Assembly (NCBI GenBank): GCA_964016885.1
Contig: OZ024741.1
Location: 211,048,001-211,112,000 of the forward strand
Source of the DNA: Eledone cirrhosa
Lineage: Eukaryota
Direction: 5' to 3'
Length of the DNA: 64,000 nucleotides
How positions within the stretch are numbered: the stretch's first letter is position 1; every line of letters begins with the position of its first letter. Position numbers and translations under genes: made by a program. Below, piece after piece: positions 28,001-39,964 of the stretch. The notes under the pieces were generated by a model. It was not told where the DNA came from. It ran no database searches and saw only the letters and a program-made list of their open reading frames with translations.

Positions 28001-31000
28001 TCAGCCACAGTCCACTGTCTCAGCCTCAGTCCACCTATCTCAGCCACAGTCCACCTATCTCAGCCACAGTCCACTGTCTCAGCTACAGTCCACTGTCTCA
28101 GCCTCAGTCCACTGTCTCAGCCTCAGTCCACCTATCCCAGCCACAGTCTACTGTCTCAGCCACAGTCCACTGTCTCAGCCTCAGTTCACTGTCTCAGCCA
28201 CAGTCCACTGTCTCAGCTACAGTCCACTGTCTGAGCCACAGTCCATTGTCTCAGCCTCAGTCCACTGTCTCAGCCTCAGTACACCTATCTCAGCCACAGT
28301 CCACTGTCTCAGCCTCAGTCCACCTATCTCAGCCACAGTCCACCTATCTCAGCCACAGTCCACTGTCTCAGCCACAGTCCATTGTCTCAGCCTCAGTCCA
28401 CTGTCTCATCCTCAGTCCACTGTCTCAGCCTCAGTCCACTGTCTCAGCCACAGTCCACCTATCTCAGCCACAGTCCACTGTCTCAGCCACAGTCCACCGT
28501 CTCAGCCACAGTCCACTGTCTCAGCCTCAGTCCACTGTCTCAGTCTCAGTCCACCTATCTCAGCCACAGTCCACTGTCTCAGCCTCAGTCCACCTATCTC
28601 AGCCACAGTCCACTGTCTCAGCCACAGTCCACTGTATCAGCCACAGTTCACTGTCTCAGCCTCAGTCCACTGTCTCAGTCTCAGTCCACCTATCTCAGCC
28701 ACAGTCCACTGTCTCAGCCACAGTCCACTGTCTCAGCCACAATCCACCTATCTCAGTCTCAGTCCACTGTCTCAGCCACAGTCCACTGTCTCAGTCTCAG
28801 TCCACCTATCTCAGCCACAGTCCACTGTCTCAGCCTCAGTCCACTGTCTCAGCCACAGTCCACTGTCTCAGCCTCAGTTCACCTATCTCAGTCTCAGTCC
28901 ACTGTCTCAGCCACAGTCCACTTATCTCAGCCAGAGTCCACTGTCTCAGCCACAGTCCACTGTCTCAGTCTCAGTCCACCTATCTCAGTCTCAGTCCACC
29001 TATCTCAGTCTCAGTCCACTGTCTCAGCCACAGTCCACTGTCTCAGCCTCAGTCCACCTATCTCAGCCTCAGTCCACTGTCTCAGCCACAGTCCACTTAT
29101 CTCAGCCTCAGTCCATCTATCTCAGTCTCAGTCCACCTATCTCAGTCTCAGTCCACCTATCTCAGCTTCAGTCCACCTATCTCAGCCACAGTCCACCTAT
29201 CTCAGCCTCAGTCCACTGTCTCAGTCTCAGTCCACTGTCTCAGCCACAGACCACTTATCTCAGTCTCAGTCCACCTATCTCAGCCTCAGTCCACCTATCT
29301 CAGCCACAGTCCACCTATCTCAGCCACAGTCCACTGTCTCATCCTCAGTCAACCTATCTCAGCCACAGTCCACAGTCTCAGCCTCAGTCCACCTATCTCA
29401 GTCTCAGTCCACCTACCTCAGCCTCAGTCAACCTATCTCAGCCATAGTCCACCTATCTCAGCCACAGTCCACTGTCTCATCCTCAGTCAACCTATCTCAG
29501 CCTCAGTCCACTGTCTCAGTCTCAGTCCACTGTCTCAGCCACAGTCCACTGTCTCAGCCTCAGTACACCTATCTCAGCCACAGTCCACTGTCTCAGCCTC
29601 AGTACACCTATCTCAGTCTCAGTCCACTGTCTCAGCCACAGTCCACTGTCTCAGCCACAATCCACCTAACTCAGCCAGAGTCCACTGTCTCAGCCACAGT
29701 CCACTGTCTCAGCCTCAGTCCACTGTCTCAGCCTCAGTCCACCTATCTCAGCCACAGTCCACTGTCTCAGCCTCAGTCCACCTATCTCAGCCACAGTCCA
29801 CCTATCTCAGTCTCAGTCCACCTACCTCAGCCTCAGTCCACCTATCTCAGCCACAGTCCACGTATCTCAGCCACAGTCCACTATCTCAGCCTCAGTCCAC
29901 TGTCTCAGTCTCAGTCCGCAGTCTCAGCCACAGTCCACTGTCTCAGCCACAGTCCACCTATCTCAGCCACAGTCCACTGTCTCAGCCTCAGTCCACCTAT
30001 CTCAGCCACAGTCCACCTATCTCAGCCACAGTCCACTGTCTCAGCCTCAGTCCACCTATCTCAGCCACAGTCCACCTATCTCAGCCACAGTCCACTGTCT
30101 CAGCCACAGTCCATTGTCTCAGCCTCAGTCCGCTGTCTCAGCCTCAGTACACCTATCTCAGCCACAGTCCACTGTCTCAGCCTCAGTCCACCTATCTCAG
30201 CCACAGTCCACCTATCTCAGCCACAGTCCACTGTCTCAGCTACAGTCCACTGTCTCAGCCTCAGTCCACTGTCTCAGCCTCAGTCCACCTATCCCAGCCA
30301 CAGTCTACTGTCTCAGCCACAGTCCACTGTCTCAGCCTCAGTTCACTGTCTCAGCCACAGTCCACTGTCTCAGCTACAGTCCACTGTCTGAGCCACAGTC
30401 CATTGTCTCAGCCTCAGTCCACTGTCTCAGCCTCAGTACACCTATCTCAGCCACAGTCCACTGTCTCAGCCTCAGTCCACCTATCTCAGCCACAGTCCAC
30501 CTATCTCAGCCACAGTCCACTGTCTCAGCCACAGTCCATTGTCTCAGCCTCAGTCCACTGTCTCATCCTCAGTACACCTATCTCAGCCACAGTCCACTGT
30601 CTCAGCCTCAGTCCACCTATCTCAGCCACAGTCCACCTATCTCAGCCACAGTCCACTGTCTCAGCCACAGTCCATTGTCTCAGCCTCAGTCCACCGTCTC
30701 AGCCTCAGTACACCTATCTCAGCCACAGTCCACTGTCTCAGCCACAATCCACCTATCTCAGCCAGAGTCCACCGTCTCAGCCACAGTCCACTGTCTCAGC
30801 CACAGTCCACTGTCTCAGTCTCAGTCCACTGTCTCAGCCTCAGTCCACCTATCTCAGTCTCAGTCCACTGTCTCAGCCACAGTCCACTGTCTCAGCCACA
30901 GTCCACCTATCTCAGCCACAGTCCACCTATCTCAGCCACAGTCCACTTATCTCAGTCTCAGTCCACTGTCTCAGCCACAGTCCACTGTCTCAGTCTCAGT

Positions 31001-32018
31001 CCACTGTCTCAGCCTCAGTCCACTGTCTTAGCCTCAGTCCACCTATCTCAGTCTCAGTCCACTGTCTCAGCCACAGTCCACTGTCTCTATCTCGGTCCAC
31101 CTATCTCAGCCACAGTCCACTGTCTCAGCCACAGTCCACTGTCTCAGCCACAGTCCACTGTCTCAGCTACAGTCCACTGTCTCAGCCACAGTCCACTGTC
31201 TCAGCCTCAGTCCACTGTCTCAGCCACAGTCCACTTATCTCAGCCTCAGTCCACTGTCTCAGTCTCAGTCCACCTATCTCAGCGACAGTCCACTTATCTC
31301 AGCCACAGTCCACTGTCTCAGCCTCAGTCCACTGTCTCAGCCACAGTCCACTTATCTCAGTCTCAGTCCACTGTCTCAGCCACAGTCCACTGTCTCATCC
31401 TCAGTCCACCTATCTCAGCCACAGTCCACAGTCTCAGCCTCAGTCCACCTACCTCAGCCTCAGTCCACCTATCTCAGCCACAGTCCACGTATCTCAGCCA
31501 CAGTCCACTGTCTCAGCCTCAGTCCACTGTCTCAGCCACATTCCACTGTCTCAGCCACAGTCCACCTATCTCAGCCACAGTCCACTGTCTCTGCCACAGT
31601 CCACTGTCTCAGCCACAGTCCACTGTCTCAGCCTCAGTCCACTGTCTCAGCCTCAGTCCACCTATCTCAGCCACAGTCCACTGTCTCAGCCACAGTCCAC
31701 TGTCTCAGCCACAGTCCACTGTCTCAGCCTCAGTCCACTGTCTCAGCCACAGTCCACCTATCTCAGCCACAGTCCACTGTCTCAGCCTCAGTCCACTGTC
31801 TCAGCCACAGTCCACCTATCTCAGCCACAGTCCACTGTCTCAGCCACAGTCCACCGTCTCAGCCACAGTCCACTGTCTCAGCCTCAGTCCACTGTCTCAG
31901 TCTCAGTCCACCTATCTCAGCCACAGTCCACTGTCTCAGCCTCAGTCCACCTATCTCAGCCACAGTCCACTGTCTCAGCCACAGTCCACTGTATCAGCCA
32001 CAGTCCACTGTCTCAGCC
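19004..32018. repeat. Higher-order tandem duplication, period 6497 bp
   Basis: ORF pairs 21749/28246, 21885/28382, 23617/30114 and 24042/30539, and markers AGCCACATTCC 19021/25518 and TCTCTATCTCGG 24587/31084, are all offset 6497. Confidence 0.92.
19740..24070. repeat. Nested ~2.17-kb tandem duplication inside the 6497-bp unit (repeated at ~26240-30570)
   Basis: GCCATAG ends at 20773/22950 and 27270/29447 (offset 2177). The downstream offset is 2157 (21749/23906) after loss of one 20-mer near 23260. Confidence 0.87.
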
Positions 32019-32499
32019 TCAGTCCACTGTCTCAGTCTCAGTCCACCTATCTCAGCCACAGTCCACTGTCTCAGCCACAGTCCACTGTCTCAGCCACAAT
32101 CCACCTATCTCAGTCTCAGTCCACTGTCTCAGCCACAGTCCACTGTCTCAGTCTCAGTCCACCTATCTCAGCCACAGTCCACTGTCTCAGCCTCAGTCCA
32201 CTGTCTCAGCCACAGTCCACTGTCTCAGCATCAGTCCACCTACCTCAGCCTCAGTCCACTGTCTCAGTCTCAGTCCACCTATCTCAGCCACAGTCCACCT
32301 ATCTCAGCCACAGTCCACTGTCTCAGCCACAGTCCACTGTCTCAGCCTCAGTTCACCTATCTCAGTCTCAGTCCACTGTCTCAGCCACAGTCCACTTATC
32401 TCAGCCAGAGTCCACTGTCTCAGCCACAGTCCACTGTCTCAGTCTCAGTCCACCTATCTCAGTCTCAGTCCACCTATCTCAGTCTCAGTCCACTGTCTC

Positions 32500-35400
32500 A
32501 GCCACAGTCCACTGTCTCAGCCTCAGTCCACCTATCTCAGCCTCAGTCCACTGTCTCAGCCACAGTCCACTTATCTCAGCCTCAGTCCACTGTCTCAGTC
32601 TCAGTCCACCTACCTCAGACACAGTCCACCGTCTCAGCCACAGTCCACTGTCTCAGCCTCAGTCCACCTATCTCAGCCTCAGTCCACCTATCTCAGCCTC
32701 AGTCCACCGTCTCAGCCACAGTCCACCGTCTCAGCCTCAGTCCACCTATCTCAGTCTCAGTCCACTGTCTCAGCCACAGTCCACTGTCTCAGTCTCAGTC
32801 CACTGTCTCAGCCTCAGTCCACTGTCTCAGCCTCAGCCCACTGTCTCAGTCTCAGTCCACCTATCTCAGTCTCAGTCCACCTATCTCAGCCACAGTCCAC
32901 TGCCTCAGCCACAGTCCACTGTCTCAGTCTCAGTCCACCTATCTCAGTCTCAGGCCACTGTCTCAGCCACAGTCCACTGTCTCAGCCTCAGTCCACTGTC
33001 TCAGCCTCAGTCCACCTATCTCAACCACAGTCCACTGTCTCAGCCACAGTCCACTGTCTCTGCCTCAGTCCACTGTCTCAGCCACAGTCCACTTATCTTA
33101 GTCTCAGTCCACTGTCTCAGCCACAGTCCACTGTCTCAGTCTCAGTCCACTGTCTCAACCACAGTCCACTGTCTCAGCCACAGTCCACTGTCTCGGCCTC
33201 AGTCCACTCTCTCAGCCACAGTCCACTTATCTCAGTCTCAGTCCACTGTCTCAGCCACAGTCCACTGTCTCAGCCTCAGTCCACCTATCTCAGCCACAGT
33301 CCACTTATCTCAGTCTCAGTCCACTGTCTCATCCTCAGTCAACCTATCTCAGCCACAGTCCACTGTCTCAGGCTCAGTCCACCTATCTCAGTCTCAGTCC
33401 ACCTATCTCAGCTTCAGTCCACCTATCTCAGCCACAGTCCACCTATCTCAGCCTCAGTCCACTGTCTCAGTCTCAGTCCACTGTCTCAGCCACAGTCCAC
33501 TGTCTCAGCCACAGTCCACCTATCTCAGCCTCAGTCCACTGTCTCAGTCTCAGTCCTCTGTCTCAGCCACAGACCACCTATCTCAGCCACAGTCCACCTA
33601 TCTCAGCCACAGACCACTTATCTCAGTCTCAGTCCACCTATCTCAGTCTCAGTCCACTGTCTCAGCCTCAGTCCACCTATCTCAGTCACAGTCCACCTAT
33701 CTCAGTCTCAGTCCACTGTCTCAGCCACAGACCACTTATCTCAGTCTCAGTCCACCTATCTCAGTCTCAGTCCACCTATCTCAGCCTCAGTCCACCTATC
33801 TCAGCCACAGTCCACCTATCTCAGCCACAGTCCACTGTCTCATCCTCAGTCAACCTATCTCAGCCACAGTCCACAGTCTCAGCCTCAGTCCACCTATCTC
33901 AGCCACAGTCTCACTGTCTCAGCCTCAGTCCACTCTCTCAACCACAGTCCACTTATCTCAGTCTCAGTCCACTGTCTCAGCCACAGTCCACTGTCTCAGC
34001 CTCAGTCCACTGTCTCAGCCTCAGTCCACCTATCTCAGCCACAGTCCACCTATCTCAGCCACAGTCCACTGTCTCAGCCTCAGTCCACCTATCTCAGCCA
34101 CAGTCCACCTATCTCAGTCTCAGTCCACCTACCTCAGCCTCAGTCCACCTATCTCAGCCACAGTCCACGTATCTCAGCCACAGTCCACTATCTCAGCCTC
34201 AGTCCACTGTCTCAGTCTCAGTCCGCAGTCTCAGCCACAGTCCACTGTCTCAGCCACAGTCCACCTATCTCAGCCACAGTCCACTGTCTCAGCCTCAGTC
34301 CACCTATCTCAGCCTCAGTCCACTGTCTCAGCCACAGTCCACTTATCTCAGCCTCAGTCCACTGTCTCAGTCTCAGTCCACCTACCTCAGACACAGTCCA
34401 CCGTCTCAGCCACAGTCCACTGTCTCAGCCTCAGTCCACCTATCTCAGCCTCAGTCCACCTATCTCAGCCTCAGTCCACCGTCTCAGCCACAGTCCACTG
34501 TCTCAGCCTCAGTCCACCTATCTCAGTCTCAGTCCACTGTCTCAGCCACAGTCCACTGTCTCAGTCTCAGTCCACTGTCTCAGCCTCAGTCCACTGTCTC
34601 AGCCTCAGCCCACTGTCTCAGTCTCAGTCCACCTATCTCAATCTCAGTCCACCTATCTCAGCCACAGTCCACTGCCTCAGCCACAGTCCACTGTCTCAGT
34701 CTCAGTCCACCTATCTCAGTCTCAGGCCACTGTCTCAGCCACAGTCCACTGTCTCAGCCTCAGTCCACTGTCTCAGCCTCAGTCCACCTATCTCAACCAC
34801 AGTCCACTGTCTCAGCCACAGTCCACTGTCTCTGCCTCAGTCCACTGTCTCAGCCACAGTCCACTTATCTCAGTCTCAGTCCACTGTCTCAGCCACAGTC
34901 CACTGTCTCAGTCTCAGTCCACTGTCTCAACCACAGTCCACTGTCTCAGCCACAGTCCACTGTCTCGGCCTCAGTCCACTCTCTCAGCCACAGTCCACTT
35001 ATCTCAGTCTCAGTCCACTGTCTCAGCCACAGTCCACTGTCTCAGCCTCAGTCCACCTATCTCAGCCACAGTCCACTTATCTCAGTCTCAGTCCACTGTC
35101 TCATCCTCAGTCAACCTATCTCAGCCACAGTCCACTGTCTCAGGCTCAGTCCACCTATCTCAGTTTCAGTCCACCTATCTCAGCTTCAGTCCACCTATCT
35201 CAGCCACAGTCCACCTATCTCAGCCTCAGTCCACTGTCTCAGTCTCAGTCCACTGTCTCAGCCACAGTCCACTGTCTCAGCCACAGTCCACCTATCTCAG
35301 CCTCAGTCCACTGTCTCAGTCTCAGTCCTCTGTCTCAGCCACAGACCACCTATCTCAGCCACAGTCCACCTATCTCAGCCACAGACCACTTATCTCAGTC

Positions 35401-36070
35401 TCAGTCCACCTATCTCAGTCTCAGTCCACTGTCTCAGCCTCAGTCCACCTATCTCAGTCACAGTCCACCTATCTCAGTCTCAGTCCACTGTCTCAGCCAC
35501 AGACCACTTATCTCAGTCTCAGTCCACCTATCTCAGTCTCAGTCCACCTATCTCAGCCTCAGTCCACCTATCTCAGCCACAGTCCACCTATCTCAGCCAC
35601 AGTCCACTGTCTCATCCTCAGTCAACCTATCTCAGCCACAGTCCACAGTCTCAGCCTCAGTCCACCTATCTCAGCCACAGTCTCACTGTCTCAGCCTCAG
35701 TCCACTCTCTCAACCACAGTCCACTTATCTCAGTCTCAGTCCACTGTCTCAGCCACAGTCCACTGTCTCAGCCTCAGTCCACTGTCTCAGCCTCAGTCCA
35801 CCTATCTCAGCCACAGTCCACCTATCTCAGCCACAGTCCACTGTCTCAGCCTCAGTCCACCTATCTCAGCCACAGTCCACCTATCTCAGTCTCAGTCCAC
35901 CTACCTCAGCCTCAGTCCACCTATCTAAGCCACAGTCCACGTATCTCAGCCACAGTCCACTATCTCAGCCTCAGTCCACTGTCTCAGTCTCAGTCCGCAG
36001 TCTCAGCCACAGTCCACTGTCTCAGCCACAGTCCACCTATCTCAGCCACAGTCCACTGTCTCAGCCTCAG
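32500..36070. repeat. Higher-order tandem duplication, period 1772 bp; a third related copy lies at ~38.7-40.5 kb
   Basis: GACACAG 32618/34390 and CAGGCCAC 32951/34723 are offset 1772. CAGGCCAC occurs again at 39130. Confidence 0.87.
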
Positions 36071-39000
36071 TCCACCTATCTCAGCCACAGTCCACCTATC
36101 TCAGCCACAGTCCACTGTCTCAGCCTCAGTCCACCTATCTCAGCCACAGTCCACCTATCTCAGCCACAGTCCACTGTCTCAGCCACAGTCCATTGTCTCA
36201 GCCTCAGTCCGCTGTCTCAGCCTCAGTACACCTATCTCAGCCACAGTCCACTGTCTCAGCCTCAGTCCACCTATCTCAGCCACAGTCCACCTATCTCAGC
36301 CACAGTCCACTGTCTCAGCCACAGTCCACTGTCTCAGCCTCAGTCCACTGTCTCAGCCTCAGTCCACCTGTCTCAGCCACAGTCCACTGTCTCAGCCACA
36401 GTCCACTGTCTCAGCCTCAGTTCACTGTCTCAGCCACAGTCCACTGTCTCAGCTACAGTCCACTGTCTGAGCCACAGTCCATTGGCTCAGCCTCAGTCCA
36501 CTGTCTCAGCCTCAGTACACCTATCTCAGCCACAGTCCACTGTCTCAGCCTCAGTTCACCTATCTCAGCCACAGTCCACCTATCTCAGCCACAGTCCACT
36601 GTCTCAGCCACAGTCCATTGTCTCAGCCTCAGTCCACTGTCTCATCCTCAGTACACCTATCTCAGCCACAGTCCACTGTCTCAGCCTCAGTCCACCTATC
36701 TCAGCCACAGTCCACCTATCTCAGCCACAGTCCACTGTCTCAGCCACAGTCCATTGTCTCAGCCTCAGTCCACCGTCTCAGCCTCAGTACACCTATCTCA
36801 GCCACAGTCCACTGTCTCAGCCACAATCCACCTATCTCAGCCAGAGTCCACCGTCTCAGCCACAGTCCACTGTCTCAGCCACATTCCACTGTCTCAGTCT
36901 CAGTCCACTGTCTCAGCCTCAGTCCACCTATCTCAGTCTCAGTCCACTGTCTCAGCCTCAGTCCACCTATCTCAGTCACAGTCCACTGTCTCAGCCACAG
37001 TCCACTGTCTCAGCCTCAGTCCACCTATCTCAGCCACAGTCCACCTATCTCAGCCACAGTCCACTTATCTCAGTCTCAGTCCACTGTCTCAGCCACAGTC
37101 CACTGTCTCAGTCTCAGTCCACTGTCTCAGCCTCAGTCCACTGTCTTAGCCTCAGTCCACCTATCTCAGTCTCAGACCACTGTCTCAGCCACAGTCCACT
37201 GTCTCTATCTCGGTCCACCTATCTCAGCCACAGTCCACTGTCTCAGCCACAGTCCACTGTCTCAGCCACAGTCCACTGTCTCAGCTACAGTCCACTGTCT
37301 CAGCCACAGTCCACTGTCTCAGCCTCAGTCCACTGTCTCAGCCACAGTCCACTTATCTCAGCCTCAGTCCACTGTCTCAGTCTCAGTCCACCTATCTCAG
37401 CGACAGTCCACTTATCTCAGCCACAGTCCACTGTCTCAGCCTCAGTCCACTGTCTCAGCCACAGTCCACTTATCTCAGTCTCAGTCCACTGTCTCAGCCA
37501 CAGTCCACTGTCTCATCCTCAGTCCACCTATCTCAGCCACAGTCCACAGTCTCAGCCTCAGTCCACCTACCTCAGCTTCAGTCCACCTATCTCAGCCACA
37601 GTCCACGTATCTCAGCCACAGTCCACTGTCTCAGCCACAGTCCACTGTCTCAGCCACAGTCCACTGTCTCAGCCTCAGTCCACTGTCTCAGCCACAGTCC
37701 ACCTATCTCAGCCACAGTCCACTGTCTCAGCCTCAGTCCACTGTCTCAGCCACAGTCCACCTATCTCAGCCACAGTCCACTGTCTCAGCCACAGTCCACC
37801 GTCTCAGCCACAGTCCACTGTCTCAGCCTCAGTCCACTGTCTCAGTCTCAGTCCACCTATCTCAGCCACAGTCCACTGCCTCAGCCTCAGTCCACCTATC
37901 TCAGCCACAGTCCACTGTCTCAGCCACAGTCCACTGTCTCAGCCACAGTCCACTGTCTCAGCCTCAGTCCACTGTCTCAGTCTCAGTCCACCTATCTCAG
38001 CCACAGTCCACTGTCTCAGCCACAGTCCACTGTCTCAGCATCAGTCCACCTATCTCAGCCTCAGTCCACTGTCTCAGTCTCAGTCCACCTATCTCAGCCA
38101 CAGTCCACCTATCTCAGCCACAGTCCACTGTCTCAGCCGCAGTCCACTGTCTCAGCCACAGTCCACTGTCTCAGCATCAGTCCACCTATCTCAGCCTCAG
38201 TCCACTGTCTCAGTCTCAGTCCACCTATCTCAGCCACAGTCCACCTATCTCAGCCACAGTCCACTGTCTCAGCCACAATCCACCTATCTCAGTCTCAGTC
38301 CACTGTCTCAGCCACAGTCCACTGTCTCAGTCTCAGTCCACCTATGTCAGCCACAGTCCACTGTCTCAGCCTCAGTCCACTGTCTCAGCCACAGTCCACT
38401 GTCTCAGCATCAGTCCACCTACCTCAGCCTCAGTCCACTGTCTCAGTCTCAGTCCACCTATCTCAGCCACAGTCCACCTATCTCAGCCACAGTCCACTGT
38501 CTCAGCCACAGTCCACTGTCTCAGCCTCAGTTCACCTATCTCAGTCTCAGTCCACTGTCTCAGCCACAGTCCACTTATCTCAGCCAGAGTCCACTGTCTC
38601 AGCCACAGTCCACTGTCTCAGTCTCAGTCCACCTATCTCAGTCTCAGTCCACCTATCTCAGTCTCAGTCCACTGTCTCAGCCACAGTCCACTGTCTCAGC
38701 CTCAGTCCACCTATCTCAGCCTCAGTCCACTGTCTCAGCCACAGTCCACTTATCTCAGCCTCAGTCCACTGTCTCAGTCTCAGTCCACCTACCTCAGACA
38801 CAGTCCACCGTCTCAGCCACAGTCCACTGTCTCAGCCTCAGTCCACCTATCTCAGCCTCAGTCCACCTATCTCAGCCTCAGTCCACCGTCTCAGCCACAG
38901 TCCACTGTCTCAGCCTCAGTCCACCTATCTCAGTCTCAGTCCACTGTCTCAGCCACAGTCCACTGTCTCAGTCTCAGTCCACTGTCTCAGCCTCAGTCCA

Positions 39001-39964
39001 CTGTCTCAGCCTCAGCCCACTGTCTCAGTCTCAGTCCACCTATCTCAGTCTCAGTCCACCTATCTCAGCCACAGTCCACTGCCTCAGCCACAGTCCACTG
39101 TCTCAGTCTCAGTCCACCTATCTCAGTCTCAGGCCACTGTCTCAGCCACAGTCCACTGTCTCAGCCTCAGTCCACTGTCTCAGCCTCAGTCCACCTATCT
39201 CAACCACAGTCCACTGTCTCAGCCACAGTCCACTGTCTCTGCCTCAGTCCACTGTCTCAGCCACAGTCCACTTATCTCAGTCTCAGTCCACTGTCTCAGC
39301 CACAGTCCACTGTCTCAGTCTCAGTCCACTGTCTCAACCACAGTCCACTGTCTCAGCCACAGTCCACTGTCTCGGCCTCAGTCCACTCTCTCAGCCACAG
39401 TCCACTTATCTCAGTCTCAGTCCACTGTCTCAGCCACAGTCCACTGTCTCAGCCTCAGTCCACCTATCTCAGCCACAGTCCACTTATCTCAGTCTCAGTC
39501 CACTGTCTCATCCTCAGTCAACCTATCTCAGCCACAGTCCACTGTCTCAGGCTCAGTCCACCTATCTCAGTCTCAGTCCACCTATCTCAGCTTCAGTCCA
39601 CCTATCTCAGCCACAGTCCACCTATCTCAGCCTCAGTCCACTGTCTCAGTCTCAGTCCACTGTCTCAGCCACAGTCCACTGTCTCAGCCACAGTCCACCT
39701 ATCTCAGCCTCAGTCCACTGTCTCAGTCTCAGTCCACTGTCTCAGCCACAGTCCACCTATCTCAGCCACAGTCCACCTATCTCAGCCACAGACCACTTAT
39801 CTCAGTCTCAGTCCACCTATCTCAGTCTCAGTCCACTGTCTCAGCCTCAGTCCACCTATCTCAGTCACAGTCCACCTATCTCAGTCTCAGTCCACTGTCT
39901 CAGCCACAGACCACTTATCTCAGTCTCAGTCCACCTATCTCAGTCTCAGTCCACCTATCTCAGC

